From: Myxococcota bacterium
Lineage (GTDB): Bacteria; Myxococcota; SpSt-1050
Direction: 5' to 3'
DNA: 32,380 bases
Assembly (NCBI GenBank): GCA_049969675.1
Contig: JBMFOP010000029.1
Coordinates: 1-32,380, forward strand
The position numbers and the translations under genes are program-made. How positions within the stretch are numbered: position 1 is the stretch's first letter; the number at the start of each line of letters is the position of its first letter. The notes under the pieces were generated by a model. It was given only the letters and a program-made list of their open reading frames with translations. It ran no database searches and had not been told where the DNA came from. This document shows, piece by piece, positions 18,477 through 28,859 of this stretch.

Positions 18477-19430
18477 ATGAAGCCTTTGCGACAAATCATT
18501 GCCATTCTGATAATTCTGTCTATATTTTATTCGCTCCCTGCCTGTGTAAAAGAGGAGAAGCGGGGGGATAAGGAATTTCTGTTTAGCATAGATGATAAAG
18601 AGTATGACCTTTCATCAGTGATATTTGAATACAATCGTATGAAGTCTGGATCCCTAACTATTGATAGCTCACATAGTCTGAACAACAGTGTAATAAGACA
18701 GAATTTTATAGTAAGATACATAAATGAAGAACTCCTGTATCTGGAGGCAAAGAAGAGAGATATCAGGATAGATCCCTCCCTTTTAGAGGCGGAGCTCAGG
18801 GAGATGAAGGACGGGCACACAGATATGACATTCGGGACATATCTCTCATCTATGATGCTCACCGAGGCTACACTTAAGGAGAAACTGGAGAGGAGATTTA
18901 TGGTGGAGGCACTCATCAACTCGCTTGTAAAGGATATCAGATTTACCGATGAGGAGCTGACTCAATACTATGATACTCATAGAGATGAATTTGTTCAGGA
19001 TGCAATGTGCAGGATGCGGCAGATTGTGGTCAGGACAAGGGAAGAGGCACAGAATATACAGACACAATTAAAAAAGGGTGCCTCCTTTGAGGAACTCGCC
19101 TCAACATATTCGGAGTCCCCTGAAAAGAGGAGTGGGGGAGATATGGGATTTTTGCCGGCCAACTCTATTGATGAATATTTTGAGAGCGCGTGTAAAAGGC
19201 TTAAAACGGATGAGGTATCTGGGATTATAGAGTCTCAGGAGGGGTATAGAATATATAAGATGATAAATTATCTCCCAAAGAGGCAGCTCACATTTGAAGA
19301 GGTCAAAAATCAGATAATTGTCAAACTGTTGGATGAGAAAAGAGAGGAAGAGTTGAACAATCTATTGAGGAGACTCAGATCAGAGCATAAAATTGTATTA
19401 AACGAACAATTGCTTAAGAGACTTGACTGA
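18477..19430 (+). CDS. Parvulin-type peptidyl-prolyl isomerase lipoprotein
   Basis: Lipobox-like LPAC, RQIVV, FEELASTYSESP, GGDMGF, GYRIYK. Confidence 0.88.
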   Translation: MKPLRQIIAILIILSIFYSLPACVKEEKRGDKEFLFSIDDKEYDLSSVIFEYNRMKSGSLTIDSSHSLNNSVIRQNFIVRYINEELLYLEAKKRDIRIDPSLLEAELREMKDGHTDMTFGTYLSSMMLTEATLKEKLERRFMVEALINSLVKDIRFTDEELTQYYDTHRDEFVQDAMCRMRQIVVRTREEAQNIQTQLKKGASFEELASTYSESPEKRSGGDMGFLPANSIDEYFESACKRLKTDEVSGIIESQEGYRIYKMINYLPKRQLTFEEVKNQIIVKLLDEKREEELNNLLRRLRSEHKIVLNEQLLKRLD

Positions 19431-19437
19431 GGAGAGT

Positions 19438-20379
19438 ATGATTCTACTTACATTTTTTTATTTTTTCCCTTTACTTGCATCAAGCAATGGGGTTGTGGTG
19501 GACAGGATTGTGGCAAGGATTGAGAATGAGATAATCCTCTTATCAGACCTTTCACAAAAGGTAGAGTTGCTCACCGGGAATAAAGTGGATTATAATGAGA
19601 GCGACCCAAAGGTTGCAAAGTTCTATCAGAGTATCCTCAACGAGTTAATTGAAGATAGGATTATGCAGATGGAGCTCAAGAAGATGGGCAACGATGTAAC
19701 TGAGCTGGAACTCAAATCAACCATTGATGATATCAGAAAGCAACGTGGATTCACTGAACAGGATTTTGAAAATCTCCTACAAAAAGAGGGTCTAACAATG
19801 GAGAGATATAGAGAGGAGATGAGAAGACATGTCAGAAAAAACAAATTTATGGCAATAAAGGTCAGACCAAGGGTAAAGATTACGGATGAGGATGCACTGC
19901 AGTTTTATAAACAGGAGTTCAGTTCAAAAAGGCTTGATAAAACCTATGATATCTCAATGATATTTGTCTCGGTCTTAAAGGATAAGGCGTCTGAGAAGGA
20001 CTCTATAAAAAGGGTTGAAGAGATTAAGAAGGAGTTAGAGGAAAAGAAGGAGTTTTCAGAGATAGCAAGGCGATATTCAGATGACCCATCTGCCTCATCT
20101 GGAGGACATATTGGAGTAATCACAAAAGGGGATATTAGAGAGGAATTTGAAAAGGTAATCTTCTCTCTTAAAGAAGGAGAGAACTCGGATGCCATAAAAC
20201 TTCCAGAGGGATATTATATATTCAGGCTCAATAAGATAGGGGCATCAGAGATAAAAGGATTTGATGAGTCAAAAGAAGATATCAAAAAGATGCTCTTTGA
20301 GAAGGAGATGATGAAGCAGTATTCCTATGTGATGGATAGCCTCAAGAAGAGATACACAATCTACATAAATTTGAAATAG
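19438..20379 (+). CDS. surA: SurA-like chaperone/PPIase
   Basis: VVDRIVARIENEIILLSD N-terminus, FSEIARRYSDDP..GGHIG. ATG 19438 has a GAGGAG SD. Confidence 0.8.
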   Translation: MILLTFFYFFPLLASSNGVVVDRIVARIENEIILLSDLSQKVELLTGNKVDYNESDPKVAKFYQSILNELIEDRIMQMELKKMGNDVTELELKSTIDDIRKQRGFTEQDFENLLQKEGLTMERYREEMRRHVRKNKFMAIKVRPRVKITDEDALQFYKQEFSSKRLDKTYDISMIFVSVLKDKASEKDSIKRVEEIKKELEEKKEFSEIARRYSDDPSASSGGHIGVITKGDIREEFEKVIFSLKEGENSDAIKLPEGYYIFRLNKIGASEIKGFDESKEDIKKMLFEKEMMKQYSYVMDSLKKRYTIYINLK

Positions 20380-20388
20380 AAGAGGAGA

Positions 20389-21396
20389 ATGACCATGGAA
20401 CAGATAATTGGCGTCACAATGGGACATCCCTCTGGTGTGGGACCGGAGATACTTATTAAATCAGTTACAAGATTTTTTAAGAGAGCAAAGAATACCAATA
20501 TTATCATCTATGGCAGTAAAAAGGTTCTGGAATTTTATGCCTCAATTCTTCCTGAGGGGAATGAGTTTCTGGGTATATTGAAAGAGGGACTCATTGGAAT
20601 CTCTGATATCGGAAATTTAAGAGAAGATGATTTTCATCCTGGGATCCCTTCCGAATCCGGCAATATCGCCCAGATTGAGTTTATAAGAGAGGCAGTAAAT
20701 CATATTAAATCACACAGGGTCAGGGCTATTGTAACTATGCCTATCTCCAAGCTCGGGCTCCTCCGTGAAGGCATTGAGATTCCCGGACATACGGACCTCT
20801 TCAAGAAACTATTTGGAGCAGATTTTGTGCAGATGTTATTCTACATCAAAGGTAAACCCCTCATTGCATTAAATACCACACACATCCCAATTTCAATGGT
20901 CCCTAAATCTTTAAACAGAGAGAAGATATTAAAGAATCTGAGAATTCTCAACTTTGCTATGAAGAACCTTTTTGCAATTAGAGAACCAAATATTGCTGTG
21001 TGTGGTTTGAATCCACATGCAGGTGAAGGAGGGCTCTTAGGAAGGGAAGAGATTGATATCATTAAGCCAGCAATAGATGCAGCGATTGAAGAGAATATAA
21101 ATGTGAGCGGTCCATTTGCCTCCGATTCACTCTTTTACAGGGCATTTAATGGGAGATACAACGCAGTACTTGCAATGTATCATGATCAGGCACTGATCCC
21201 TGTTAAGTTATTCGGTATTTCAAGGTCTGTGAATATCACACTGGGATTACCTATTATCAGGACATCCCCGGCACATGGGACTGCATTTGATTTAGCCGGG
21301 AAGGGTTCTGCTGATTATATGGGTGCATATCATGCCCTTGAAATGGCAGTTAGAATGTCAAAGAAGATATCCGGTAATCTGGTATGGACATACTGA
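20389..21396 (+). CDS. pdxA: 4-hydroxythreonine-4-phosphate dehydrogenase
   Basis: TMGHPSGVGPE, PGHT, GLNPHAGE, AMYHDQ, TLGLPIIRTSPAHGTAFD. Confidence 0.93.
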   Translation: MTMEQIIGVTMGHPSGVGPEILIKSVTRFFKRAKNTNIIIYGSKKVLEFYASILPEGNEFLGILKEGLIGISDIGNLREDDFHPGIPSESGNIAQIEFIREAVNHIKSHRVRAIVTMPISKLGLLREGIEIPGHTDLFKKLFGADFVQMLFYIKGKPLIALNTTHIPISMVPKSLNREKILKNLRILNFAMKNLFAIREPNIAVCGLNPHAGEGGLLGREEIDIIKPAIDAAIEENINVSGPFASDSLFYRAFNGRYNAVLAMYHDQALIPVKLFGISRSVNITLGLPIIRTSPAHGTAFDLAGKGSADYMGAYHALEMAVRMSKKISGNLVWTY

Positions 21397-24158
21397 AGAT
21401 CAGGGGAGCCCGAGAACACAATTTAAAGAATATTAATCTTGAGTTGCCGAAGAACAGATTAATTGTGATAACTGGTGTCTCCGGTTCAGGGAAATCTTCT
21501 CTCGCATTTGATACAATCTATGCAGAGGGGCAGAGGAGATATATAGAATCCCTTTCAGCCTATGCGCGACAGTTTCTTGAGAAATTAAAAAAGCCAGATG
21601 TAGATTTTATAGAGGGGCTATCTCCAGCCATCTCCATTGAACAGAGGACACTCAGCCATAATCCACGTTCAACAGTGGGAACTGTTACAGAGATTTATGA
21701 TTATATGCGTCTCTTGTTTTCTGCTATTGGTAAGGTGCATTGTCATATATGCGGAAGGGAGATCTCAAGGCAGACGGTTCAGGAGATAGTTGAACAGATA
21801 TTCAAACTCGCAGAGGGAAGACTTATTGTTATCTACTCTCCCGTGGTAATGAGACAGAAGGGGGAGTTTAGAAAGGAGATAGCCGGATACAAGAAGAGCG
21901 GATATTCAAGCATCAGAATAGATGGTATTGAGTATGATTTAGATGAAAAGATTGAGATAGACAGGAATCGCAAACATGATATTGATGTAAGAATAGATAG
22001 AGTAGTTGTAACATCAGATGAGAGACAGAGAATCACAGATGGAGTAGAAAATTCACTAAAGCTGAGTAAAGGTCTTTTAAAAATTGAATCCAGCGAATTG
22101 GGACTTTCAAAGATATTTTCTGAGAGATATGCCTGCATAAACTGCGGAGTTTCACTCCCCGAACTAAAACCAGCCCTCTTCTCCTTCAATAATCCAAAGG
22201 GTGCCTGCCCACACTGCACAGGGATAGGACATCTCTACTTCTTTGACCCCGATAGAATAGTCCCGGACAAGAGGCTTTCAATAAAGGAAGGGGCATTTGC
22301 TGCCTTTTCTCAAAACTATACATTCTTTATGGATGAGATATATACTGCCCTCAGGTTGCTAAGAGTAAGTCCTGATACACCATTTTATAAATTGTCAGAG
22401 AACATAAAGAGGATTCTCCTTTATGGGAACAATGAGCAAGACCCAATATATTTTGAAGGCGCAATCCCATTTCTCAATAGACGATATAAGGAGACCGAAT
22501 CTGGTAGTGTAAAGGAATACCTTGAGAAGTTCATAAGCTTCAGACCCTGTCCAGAGTGCAAAGGGAAGAGGCTCAGACCTGAATATCTAAATGTCTTTAT
22601 CAACGGAAAGAATATCATTGATGTCACAGAGCTCTCTGTGGATAGTGCCATCAAATACTTTGAGGGGCTCAACCTTACAAAGCGGGAATCAGAGATTGCC
22701 TCGGTAATCTTAAAGGAGATTAAAGAGAGGCTTTCGTTTTTAAAGAATGTTGGATTGGGATATCTACAGCTCAGCAGAACCTCCTCAACACTATCCGGTG
22801 GGGAGTATCAGAGAATCAGGCTCGCAACTCAGATTGGTACAGCTCTGACAGGTGTAATTTATGTACTGGATGAACCCTCTATCGGTCTGCATCAGCGTGA
22901 TAATATCAGATTGATTAAGACACTCACCAATTTGAGAGATCTTGGAAATACAGTGATTGTAGTTGAGCATGACGAGGCAACTATTAGAAGTGCAGATATC
23001 ATTATTGATATGGGCCCTGGGGCGGGTGAGCAGGGTGGATATGTCATTTCAAATGGCACCATTGACGAACTTTTGAAAAATAAAGAGTCTATCACTGCCC
23101 GATTCTTAAGCGGGGCTGAGCGAATTGAATTTAATGAGAGGCGGAGAAGGGGGAGGGGGATGCTTATATTGACAGGTGCAAGTGGTAATAATCTTAAGAA
23201 TATTGACATAAAGATTCCGCTTGGAACTCTTACCTGTATTACCGGTGTCTCGGGCTCTGGAAAGAGCTCTCTTATAATGGATACACTCTATCCAGCCCTC
23301 TTAAACAGGTTGAGGCTCTCAAATCAGAATGCATTACCTTTTAAGAAACTATCCGGGTATGAACAGATATCCCGTGTGATACAGATAGATCAATCACCAA
23401 TAGGTAGAACCCCGAGGTCAAACCCAGCCACATATACCGGACTCTTTACCCCTATCAGAGAATTATTTGCTATGACTGTTGAGGCAAAGTCCCGTGGATA
23501 TAAACCTGGACGATTCAGTTTTAATCTCAAAGGGGGTAGATGCGAGAGCTGCGAGGGGGCAGGGCTTATCTCTGTTGAGATGCAATTCCTCCCGGATGTA
23601 TATGTCACCTGTGATGAGTGTGATGGGAGTAGATACAACAGGGAGACACTTGAGATTACATATAAAGGAAAGACCATTGCTGATGTATTAAATATGTCTG
23701 TCAATGATGCCCTTGAATTCTTTCAGAATCACAGGAGAATATCACGAATACTCAGGACACTATATGATGTAGGACTCGGATATCTAAAACTCGGGATGCC
23801 AGCCACAGATCTATCTGGTGGAGAGGCTCAGAGAATCAAGCTCGCCACAGAGCTCGGGAAGAGACATGACACCTCCACCCTCTATGTAATGGATGAACCA
23901 ACGACCGGGCTCCACTTCGCAGATATAAAGAGGCTTATGAATGTCCTTCAACGGCTCGTAGATGCTGGAAATACAATAATAGTGATTGAGCACAATCTGG
24001 ATGTAATTAAATGTGCAGATTATATTATTGACCTTGGCCCGGAGGGCGGAGATGAAGGTGGACAGATAGTTGCAGAGGGAACTCCAGAGGAGCTGATCAA
24101 ATCAGAGAAATCCTACACTGCCCAATTCTTAAGGCCGGTTCTACAATTGAAGAGATAA
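21384..24158 (+). CDS. uvrA: Excinuclease ABC subunit A
   Basis: GAREHNLKN, two GVSGSGKSS Walker A motifs, zinc-finger Cys pairs, two LSGGE signatures. Confidence 0.98.
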   Translation: MDILKIRGAREHNLKNINLELPKNRLIVITGVSGSGKSSLAFDTIYAEGQRRYIESLSAYARQFLEKLKKPDVDFIEGLSPAISIEQRTLSHNPRSTVGTVTEIYDYMRLLFSAIGKVHCHICGREISRQTVQEIVEQIFKLAEGRLIVIYSPVVMRQKGEFRKEIAGYKKSGYSSIRIDGIEYDLDEKIEIDRNRKHDIDVRIDRVVVTSDERQRITDGVENSLKLSKGLLKIESSELGLSKIFSERYACINCGVSLPELKPALFSFNNPKGACPHCTGIGHLYFFDPDRIVPDKRLSIKEGAFAAFSQNYTFFMDEIYTALRLLRVSPDTPFYKLSENIKRILLYGNNEQDPIYFEGAIPFLNRRYKETESGSVKEYLEKFISFRPCPECKGKRLRPEYLNVFINGKNIIDVTELSVDSAIKYFEGLNLTKRESEIASVILKEIKERLSFLKNVGLGYLQLSRTSSTLSGGEYQRIRLATQIGTALTGVIYVLDEPSIGLHQRDNIRLIKTLTNLRDLGNTVIVVEHDEATIRSADIIIDMGPGAGEQGGYVISNGTIDELLKNKESITARFLSGAERIEFNERRRRGRGMLILTGASGNNLKNIDIKIPLGTLTCITGVSGSGKSSLIMDTLYPALLNRLRLSNQNALPFKKLSGYEQISRVIQIDQSPIGRTPRSNPATYTGLFTPIRELFAMTVEAKSRGYKPGRFSFNLKGGRCESCEGAGLISVEMQFLPDVYVTCDECDGSRYNRETLEITYKGKTIADVLNMSVNDALEFFQNHRRISRILRTLYDVGLGYLKLGMPATDLSGGEAQRIKLATELGKRHDTSTLYVMDEPTTGLHFADIKRLMNVLQRLVDAGNTIIVIEHNLDVIKCADYIIDLGPEGGDEGGQIVAEGTPEELIKSEKSYTAQFLRPVLQLKR

Positions 24159-24368
24159 TTTCAGGCTGGATTTATACCAACTCAACTATATAAACCTGAT
24201 CTGGGAATTTTCTCATTTAAAAATCTATCAGGTTAGGGAAAGACAGAGTCCGAATTTGGTATATATCGTTTAAACAGACCTTAAGCCTTTAAGCCGATTG
24301 TTAATAAATTTATCAAACAAAATTTGTATCTATTTATTGCTCTCCATTTAAAAATTTAAATACCCGAA

Positions 24369-24506
24369 TTAAAAGTTTGTGCAGGAGCCGGTAGTCTGGC
24401 TGCAATCTGTCTGACAATTTCCACCACTACAACCAAATTGACAATTTGCACTGCCTTTACAGGTAAATCTACAACTACCACCAGAGCAATCTACGCTACA
24501 ATTGCA
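24369..24506 (-). pseudogene. Start-less C-terminal remnant of a Cys-rich repeat protein
   Basis: Manual translation CNCSVDCSGGSCRFTCKGSANCQFGCSGGNCQTDCSQTTGSCTNF* gives 10 Cys in 45 aa with a 19-aa period. There is no start codon before the in-frame TGA at 24551-24549. Confidence 0.7.
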
Positions 24507-24697
24507 ATATTGAATCTTGAGACTGGGTGATGAACGATATACAATGTATCAGGGTCTTTGAGCTGATTGTATAGATACTCCTTATCTATCTCCCAGAGAA
24601 TTTCTTTGATATCTCTGCCATTTGAGTTGAGTACTCCAGAGTCAGTGTATTCACCAAATTTTTCAGTCAGTCTTCTAAATATCTCCTCCGCCTTCAT
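24491..24697 (-). pseudogene. N-terminal fragment resembling a Nif3/YbgI-like dinuclear metal protein
   Basis: ATGA-coupled to the kinase stop. MKAEEI..L...DSG....IKEIL..ID......LYIVHHP matches the Nif3 N-terminal pattern by eye, and the ORF stops 10 codons after HHP. Confidence 0.55.
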
Positions 24698-26208
24698 CTT
24701 GTTAGGTCCTCCGTGTATTTGGTCTCCTTATCTGGCTCAATTATCAATCTCTTCTTCCTGCTAATCCCGAGTTCATCATTCTTAAAAGTTACCTCAACTG
24801 TACCAGTTCTAAGTTCATATCCAAATATTGGTGTGGTTCCGAGCCTCTTCTTCCCAATATAGATATCCGCCCACGGGATTGCATTTACCGAGAGCCTCCC
24901 CTTCCTGACTGCGTCGGTAACCTTCTTTCGCTCCTGCGACTTTAAATGATGTGGTGGGGTCTTACCTGGTGCATCTGGGACCTCCTCTGAACCCTTATCT
25001 CCCTTCTCCTCCGCTTTTTCTGTAATTTCTACACTCTCACCTTTATTAATTATTATATCTGGTGATGGTTCTTTATCTGGATTTTCCTTTATAGTCTGGA
25101 TATTATCTTTATTGGTAGTGGAAGTTGATTGAATAGATGGTCTGTAACTACGGGGATAGAAAATAATTGCAGATGAAATTATCAAGAGGAGCAGAATCGT
25201 GGATATCAAAACAATACTTCTTATAGGAACTCTTTTCTTTTGAACCCCATTAGAGTCTTCAAGTAATTCTGTCCTGTGTGTGTAATCCTTTACATATTCC
25301 GGGAATAGTTCCCTCATAAAATCTGATAGATTCTCTTCGGCTATCTCGTGTGGATACTCTCTGAGGTATGACTTGAGGTCATCTGCAAAAGCCGCCGCAC
25401 TCTTATATCTAAACTCCCTGTCATACTGGAGCGACTTTAAGACTATTCGTTCAAGCCTCTCATCTATCTCTGGATTAATTGTGGAGGGTCTTATTATTTC
25501 GCACCTCCTTACATTTTCAAGTAACTCAATATCGCTCTTCCCATCAAAGAGCCTATTTTCAGTCAATGTCTCCCATAATACTACTCCGGTGGAGAAGATA
25601 TCTGTCCTGTGGTCAATCTCCCTGCCGAGAGCCTGCTCTGGTGACATATAATCAATCTTACCAATTATTGCACCCTGAGTGGTAAGTCCGGTGGAGATAG
25701 ATGCCTTTGCAATCCCGAAATCTGTAATCTTAACATCCCCATTTACTGAGATGAGAATATTCTGTGGACTTATATCTCTGTGAATAATACCGTATATCTC
25801 TTCCTGTTCATCTCTAAAGTTGTGGGCATATTCAAGAGCGGAGAGGACACTCTCAAATATCTTCAGTGTTCTGGGTATCCCGAGCGATTTCCCCTTACTA
25901 TGTGCCCTCTTTATTACGCCCATAAGATCCGTCCCCTTTATGTACTCCATTACAAGGTAGTATCTTCCCCTCTCCTCAAAGAACTCAAAGACCTGCACAA
26001 TAGAGGAATGGTTGAGCCTCGCCCAGAGTTTTGCCTCTCTTAAGAAGAGATTTATATACCGCTCATCCTTTAGAAGGTGTGGATGAATAGCCTTAATTAC
26101 TACATCTTTTATAAAGCCGTGTGGGCCTTCAAGGGAGCCTTTGTATATCTCCGCCATTCCTCCGGAGGCGATATACTCCTTTAATTGGTATTTTCCGATT
26201 TTCTCCAT
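24694..26208 (-). CDS. Membrane Ser/Thr protein kinase (Hanks type) with a C-terminal PEGA-like domain
   Basis: GGMAEIY, VVIK, HRDISPQN, KITDFGIAK, GKIDYMSPEQ, one TM, GRLSVNAIPWADIYIG..LGTTP. Confidence 0.93.
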   Translation of the reverse strand: MEKIGKYQLKEYIASGGMAEIYKGSLEGPHGFIKDVVIKAIHPHLLKDERYINLFLREAKLWARLNHSSIVQVFEFFEERGRYYLVMEYIKGTDLMGVIKRAHSKGKSLGIPRTLKIFESVLSALEYAHNFRDEQEEIYGIIHRDISPQNILISVNGDVKITDFGIAKASISTGLTTQGAIIGKIDYMSPEQALGREIDHRTDIFSTGVVLWETLTENRLFDGKSDIELLENVRRCEIIRPSTINPEIDERLERIVLKSLQYDREFRYKSAAAFADDLKSYLREYPHEIAEENLSDFMRELFPEYVKDYTHRTELLEDSNGVQKKRVPIRSIVLISTILLLLIISSAIIFYPRSYRPSIQSTSTTNKDNIQTIKENPDKEPSPDIIINKGESVEITEKAEEKGDKGSEEVPDAPGKTPPHHLKSQERKKVTDAVRKGRLSVNAIPWADIYIGKKRLGTTPIFGYELRTGTVEVTFKNDELGISRKKRLIIEPDKETKYTEDLTR

Positions 26209-26217
26209 CAGAAGATA

Positions 26218-26616
26218 TCAGTGAGGTTTTACATTCTCCCTGACCCAGTTTACAATCTCTTCAATACTCGTCCCCGGCGTAAAAAGTTTCTTTATTCCGC
26301 TCCTGTACAAAAACTCAAAGTCGTCATCTGGAATTATTCCACCGCCAAAGACTATAATATCCTCTGCCCCTCTCTCTTTAAGTAGATTTACCACGGCCGG
26401 CATAAGCACATTATGTGCACCGCTCATAATGGAGAGCCCAATGCAATCCACATCTTCCTGAATGGCGGTATTTACAATCATCTCTGGCGTCTGATGTAGT
26501 CCGGTATATATAACCTCAAATCCAGCATCTCTTAAAGCCCTTGCGACCACCTTTACTCCTCTATCATGACCATCAAGCCCGGGCTTTGCCATAAGAATTC
26601 TTACCACCTTTCCCAT
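26218..26616 (-). CDS. Acyl-CoA mutase small, cobalamin-binding subunit (IcmB-like)
   Basis: [10 protein letters not shown] (DxHxxG), [15 protein letters not shown]. Confidence 0.93.
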   Translation of the reverse strand: MGKVVRILMAKPGLDGHDRGVKVVARALRDAGFEVIYTGLHQTPEMIVNTAIQEDVDCIGLSIMSGAHNVLMPAVVNLLKERGAEDIIVFGGGIIPDDDFEFLYRSGIKKLFTPGTSIEEIVNWVRENVKPH

Positions 26617-26625
26617 TCTATCCTC

Positions 26626-28305
26626 CTATATTATGCCGGGGTCTTTGTATTCCCCAAAGACCTCTCTTAGTGTCCCCATTATCTCCCCGAGTGTACAGTA
26701 AGCCTTTACACAGTCCAGTATATAATACATTAAATTTTCATTTGTAGTCGCCGCCCCTTTCAGGTCTTTGAGGCACTTCTGAACTTTATTATTATCCCTT
26801 CTTGATCTGAGTCTTCTGAGCCTCTCCCTCTGAGCCTCCTCTACCTCCTCCCCTATCTTTAGAAGTGGAATCTTTATATCCTCCTTCATTACATATTTAT
26901 TTACACCAACAACGACCTTCTCCACCTTTTCAAGCTGCCTCTGATAATGATATGCCGCATCGGAAATCTCTCTCTGAGGATAACCTGCCTCAATGGCCTT
27001 AATTATTCCACCCATCTTATCAATCTTATCTATGTACCTGAATGCCTCCTCCTCCATCCTGTTGGTTAGATACTCTACAAAGTAAGAGCCAGCCAGAGGG
27101 TCTATTACATTTGCAATCCCACTCTCCTCTGCTATTATCTGCTGTGTCCTCAATGCAACGGTGACTGCCTGTTCTGTAGGGAGTGCAAGTGTCTCATCCA
27201 TAGAGTTTGTGTGTAGCGATTGGGTTCCACCCAATACTGCTGCCATTGCCTCTATGGTGGTTCTCACTACATTGTTGAACGGTTGTTGCGCAGTGAGTGT
27301 ACATCCGGCGGTCTGTGTATGAAATCTGAGTTTTAGACTCTCCTCCTTTCTGGCATTGAATCTATTCTTCATAATCCTTGCCCACATCCTCCTTGCAGCC
27401 CTGTACTTTGCGATCTCTTCAAAGAAGTCAATATGTGCATTGAAGAAAAATGAGAGACGTTTTGCAAAGGCATCCACATCCAGTCCAGCATCTATACATG
27501 CCTGAACATATCCTATTCCATCAGCAATGGTAAAGGCGAGTTCCTGCACCGCGTTCGAGCCGGCCTCTCTGATATGATAGCCAGAGATTGAGATGGTATT
27601 CCACTTTGGAACGTGCTTTGTGCAATATTCCACTGTGTTTACAATCAATCTCATTGATGGTTCAGGTGGGAATATCCAGCTCTTCTGGGCTATATACTCC
27701 TTTAGGATATCGTTTTGAATGGTTCCACCTATCTGGTCCTGCCTGACACCTTGCTTCTCCGCAACCGCGATATACATTGCCAGCAGAACAGCAGCAGGGC
27801 CGTTTATGGTCATTGAAGTAGTCACCTTATCAAGAGGGATTCCATCAAAGAGCACCTCCATATCCTCAAGAGAATCAATTGCCACACCACACTTTCCAAC
27901 CTCACCACGTGAGCGCGGATGGTCGCTGTCATAACCCATTAAGGTTGGATAGTGAAAGGCGACTGATAGTCCAGTCTGTCCATTCTCAAGCAGGAATTTA
28001 TATCTCTTATTCGTATCAAAGCAGGTACCAAAACCTGCAAACTGTCTCATCGTCCAGAGCCTTCCTCTATACATAGTGGGTTGGACCCCTCTGGTAAATG
28101 GATAGCAGCCCGGAAATCCGAGGTCCTTCTCATAGTCAAGTTGTGCAACATCCGCCGGTGTTGAGAGCTCCGGCACCTCCATATCCGAGACGGTGGAGAA
28201 TCTATTCAGTCTCGGTGGAAGTTTTTCAAAATTCTTTAAATAGACCTTCTCCTTCCACTCTTTATACTCAGCCTCTATTTTCTCCTTCTCTTCCTCTGAA
28301 TACAT
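26626..28305 (-). CDS. icmA: B12-dependent acyl-CoA mutase large subunit, isobutyryl-CoA mutase-like
   Basis: [15 protein letters not shown] (F89), [12 protein letters not shown] (Q207), [20 protein letters not shown]. The family call is firm; substrate specificity is inferred. Confidence 0.8.
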   Translation of the reverse strand: MYSEEEKEKIEAEYKEWKEKVYLKNFEKLPPRLNRFSTVSDMEVPELSTPADVAQLDYEKDLGFPGCYPFTRGVQPTMYRGRLWTMRQFAGFGTCFDTNKRYKFLLENGQTGLSVAFHYPTLMGYDSDHPRSRGEVGKCGVAIDSLEDMEVLFDGIPLDKVTTSMTINGPAAVLLAMYIAVAEKQGVRQDQIGGTIQNDILKEYIAQKSWIFPPEPSMRLIVNTVEYCTKHVPKWNTISISGYHIREAGSNAVQELAFTIADGIGYVQACIDAGLDVDAFAKRLSFFFNAHIDFFEEIAKYRAARRMWARIMKNRFNARKEESLKLRFHTQTAGCTLTAQQPFNNVVRTTIEAMAAVLGGTQSLHTNSMDETLALPTEQAVTVALRTQQIIAEESGIANVIDPLAGSYFVEYLTNRMEEEAFRYIDKIDKMGGIIKAIEAGYPQREISDAAYHYQRQLEKVEKVVVGVNKYVMKEDIKIPLLKIGEEVEEAQRERLRRLRSRRDNNKVQKCLKDLKGAATTNENLMYYILDCVKAYCTLGEIMGTLREVFGEYKDPGII

Positions 28306-28316
28306 ACTAAAACCTC

Positions 28317-28859
28317 CTATCTCTCAATTCCATCTCTGGCGTCAACCCCCTTCATATAATAATGTTTTATCTCTCTCACCTCAGAGACAAGGTCTGCTAT
28401 ATCCATAAATTCCCTGGGGGCGTATCTGCCAGTCAGGACTACCTCTACATTCTCTGGTTTCTCTTTGAGGATTCTGATGACCTCATTTTTATCAATCAAT
28501 TTAAAATCTGCCGCTACATTTATCTCATCCAAAACTACTATATCATATTCGCCGCTCTTTATAATCCTCTCTGCAAGTCTGAGTGCCTCCTGTGCCATCT
28601 CAATATCTATCTTTTCAGGGTTCTCCTTACTCACGAAGTCGGGTCTTCCCATCTGTTCAATAGTAATAAGTCCATCTGTAAACTTTGCTGAATTGAGTTC
28701 ACCGTAGACGATCTGCCCCTTCATAAATTGTATGATATAAGATTTGAACCCATGACCCGCTGCACGGAAGCAGAGCCCGAGCGCAGCCGTAGTCTTTCCT
28801 TTACCATCCCCTGTATAGAGTTGAATAAGCCCCTTCTCAAGTCTTCCTCTATCCTGCAT
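28317..28859 (-). CDS. cobO: Cob(I)alamin adenosyltransferase (CobA/CobO/BtuR type)
   Basis: [43 protein letters not shown]. Confidence 0.95.
   Translation of the reverse strand: MQDRGRLEKGLIQLYTGDGKGKTTAALGLCFRAAGHGFKSYIIQFMKGQIVYGELNSAKFTDGLITIEQMGRPDFVSKENPEKIDIEMAQEALRLAERIIKSGEYDIVVLDEINVAADFKLIDKNEVIRILKEKPENVEVVLTGRYAPREFMDIADLVSEVREIKHYYMKGVDARDGIER

Noticed and set aside
24193..24234. AACCTGAT/ATCAGGTT inverted repeat after uvrA
   Set aside because: Long loop and no U-tract, so it is not supportable as a terminator or element end
24549..24551. TGA upstream of the Cys-rich fragment as a selenocysteine codon
   Set aside because: No SECIS-like hairpin is evident, and that DNA is better explained by the Nif3-like frame
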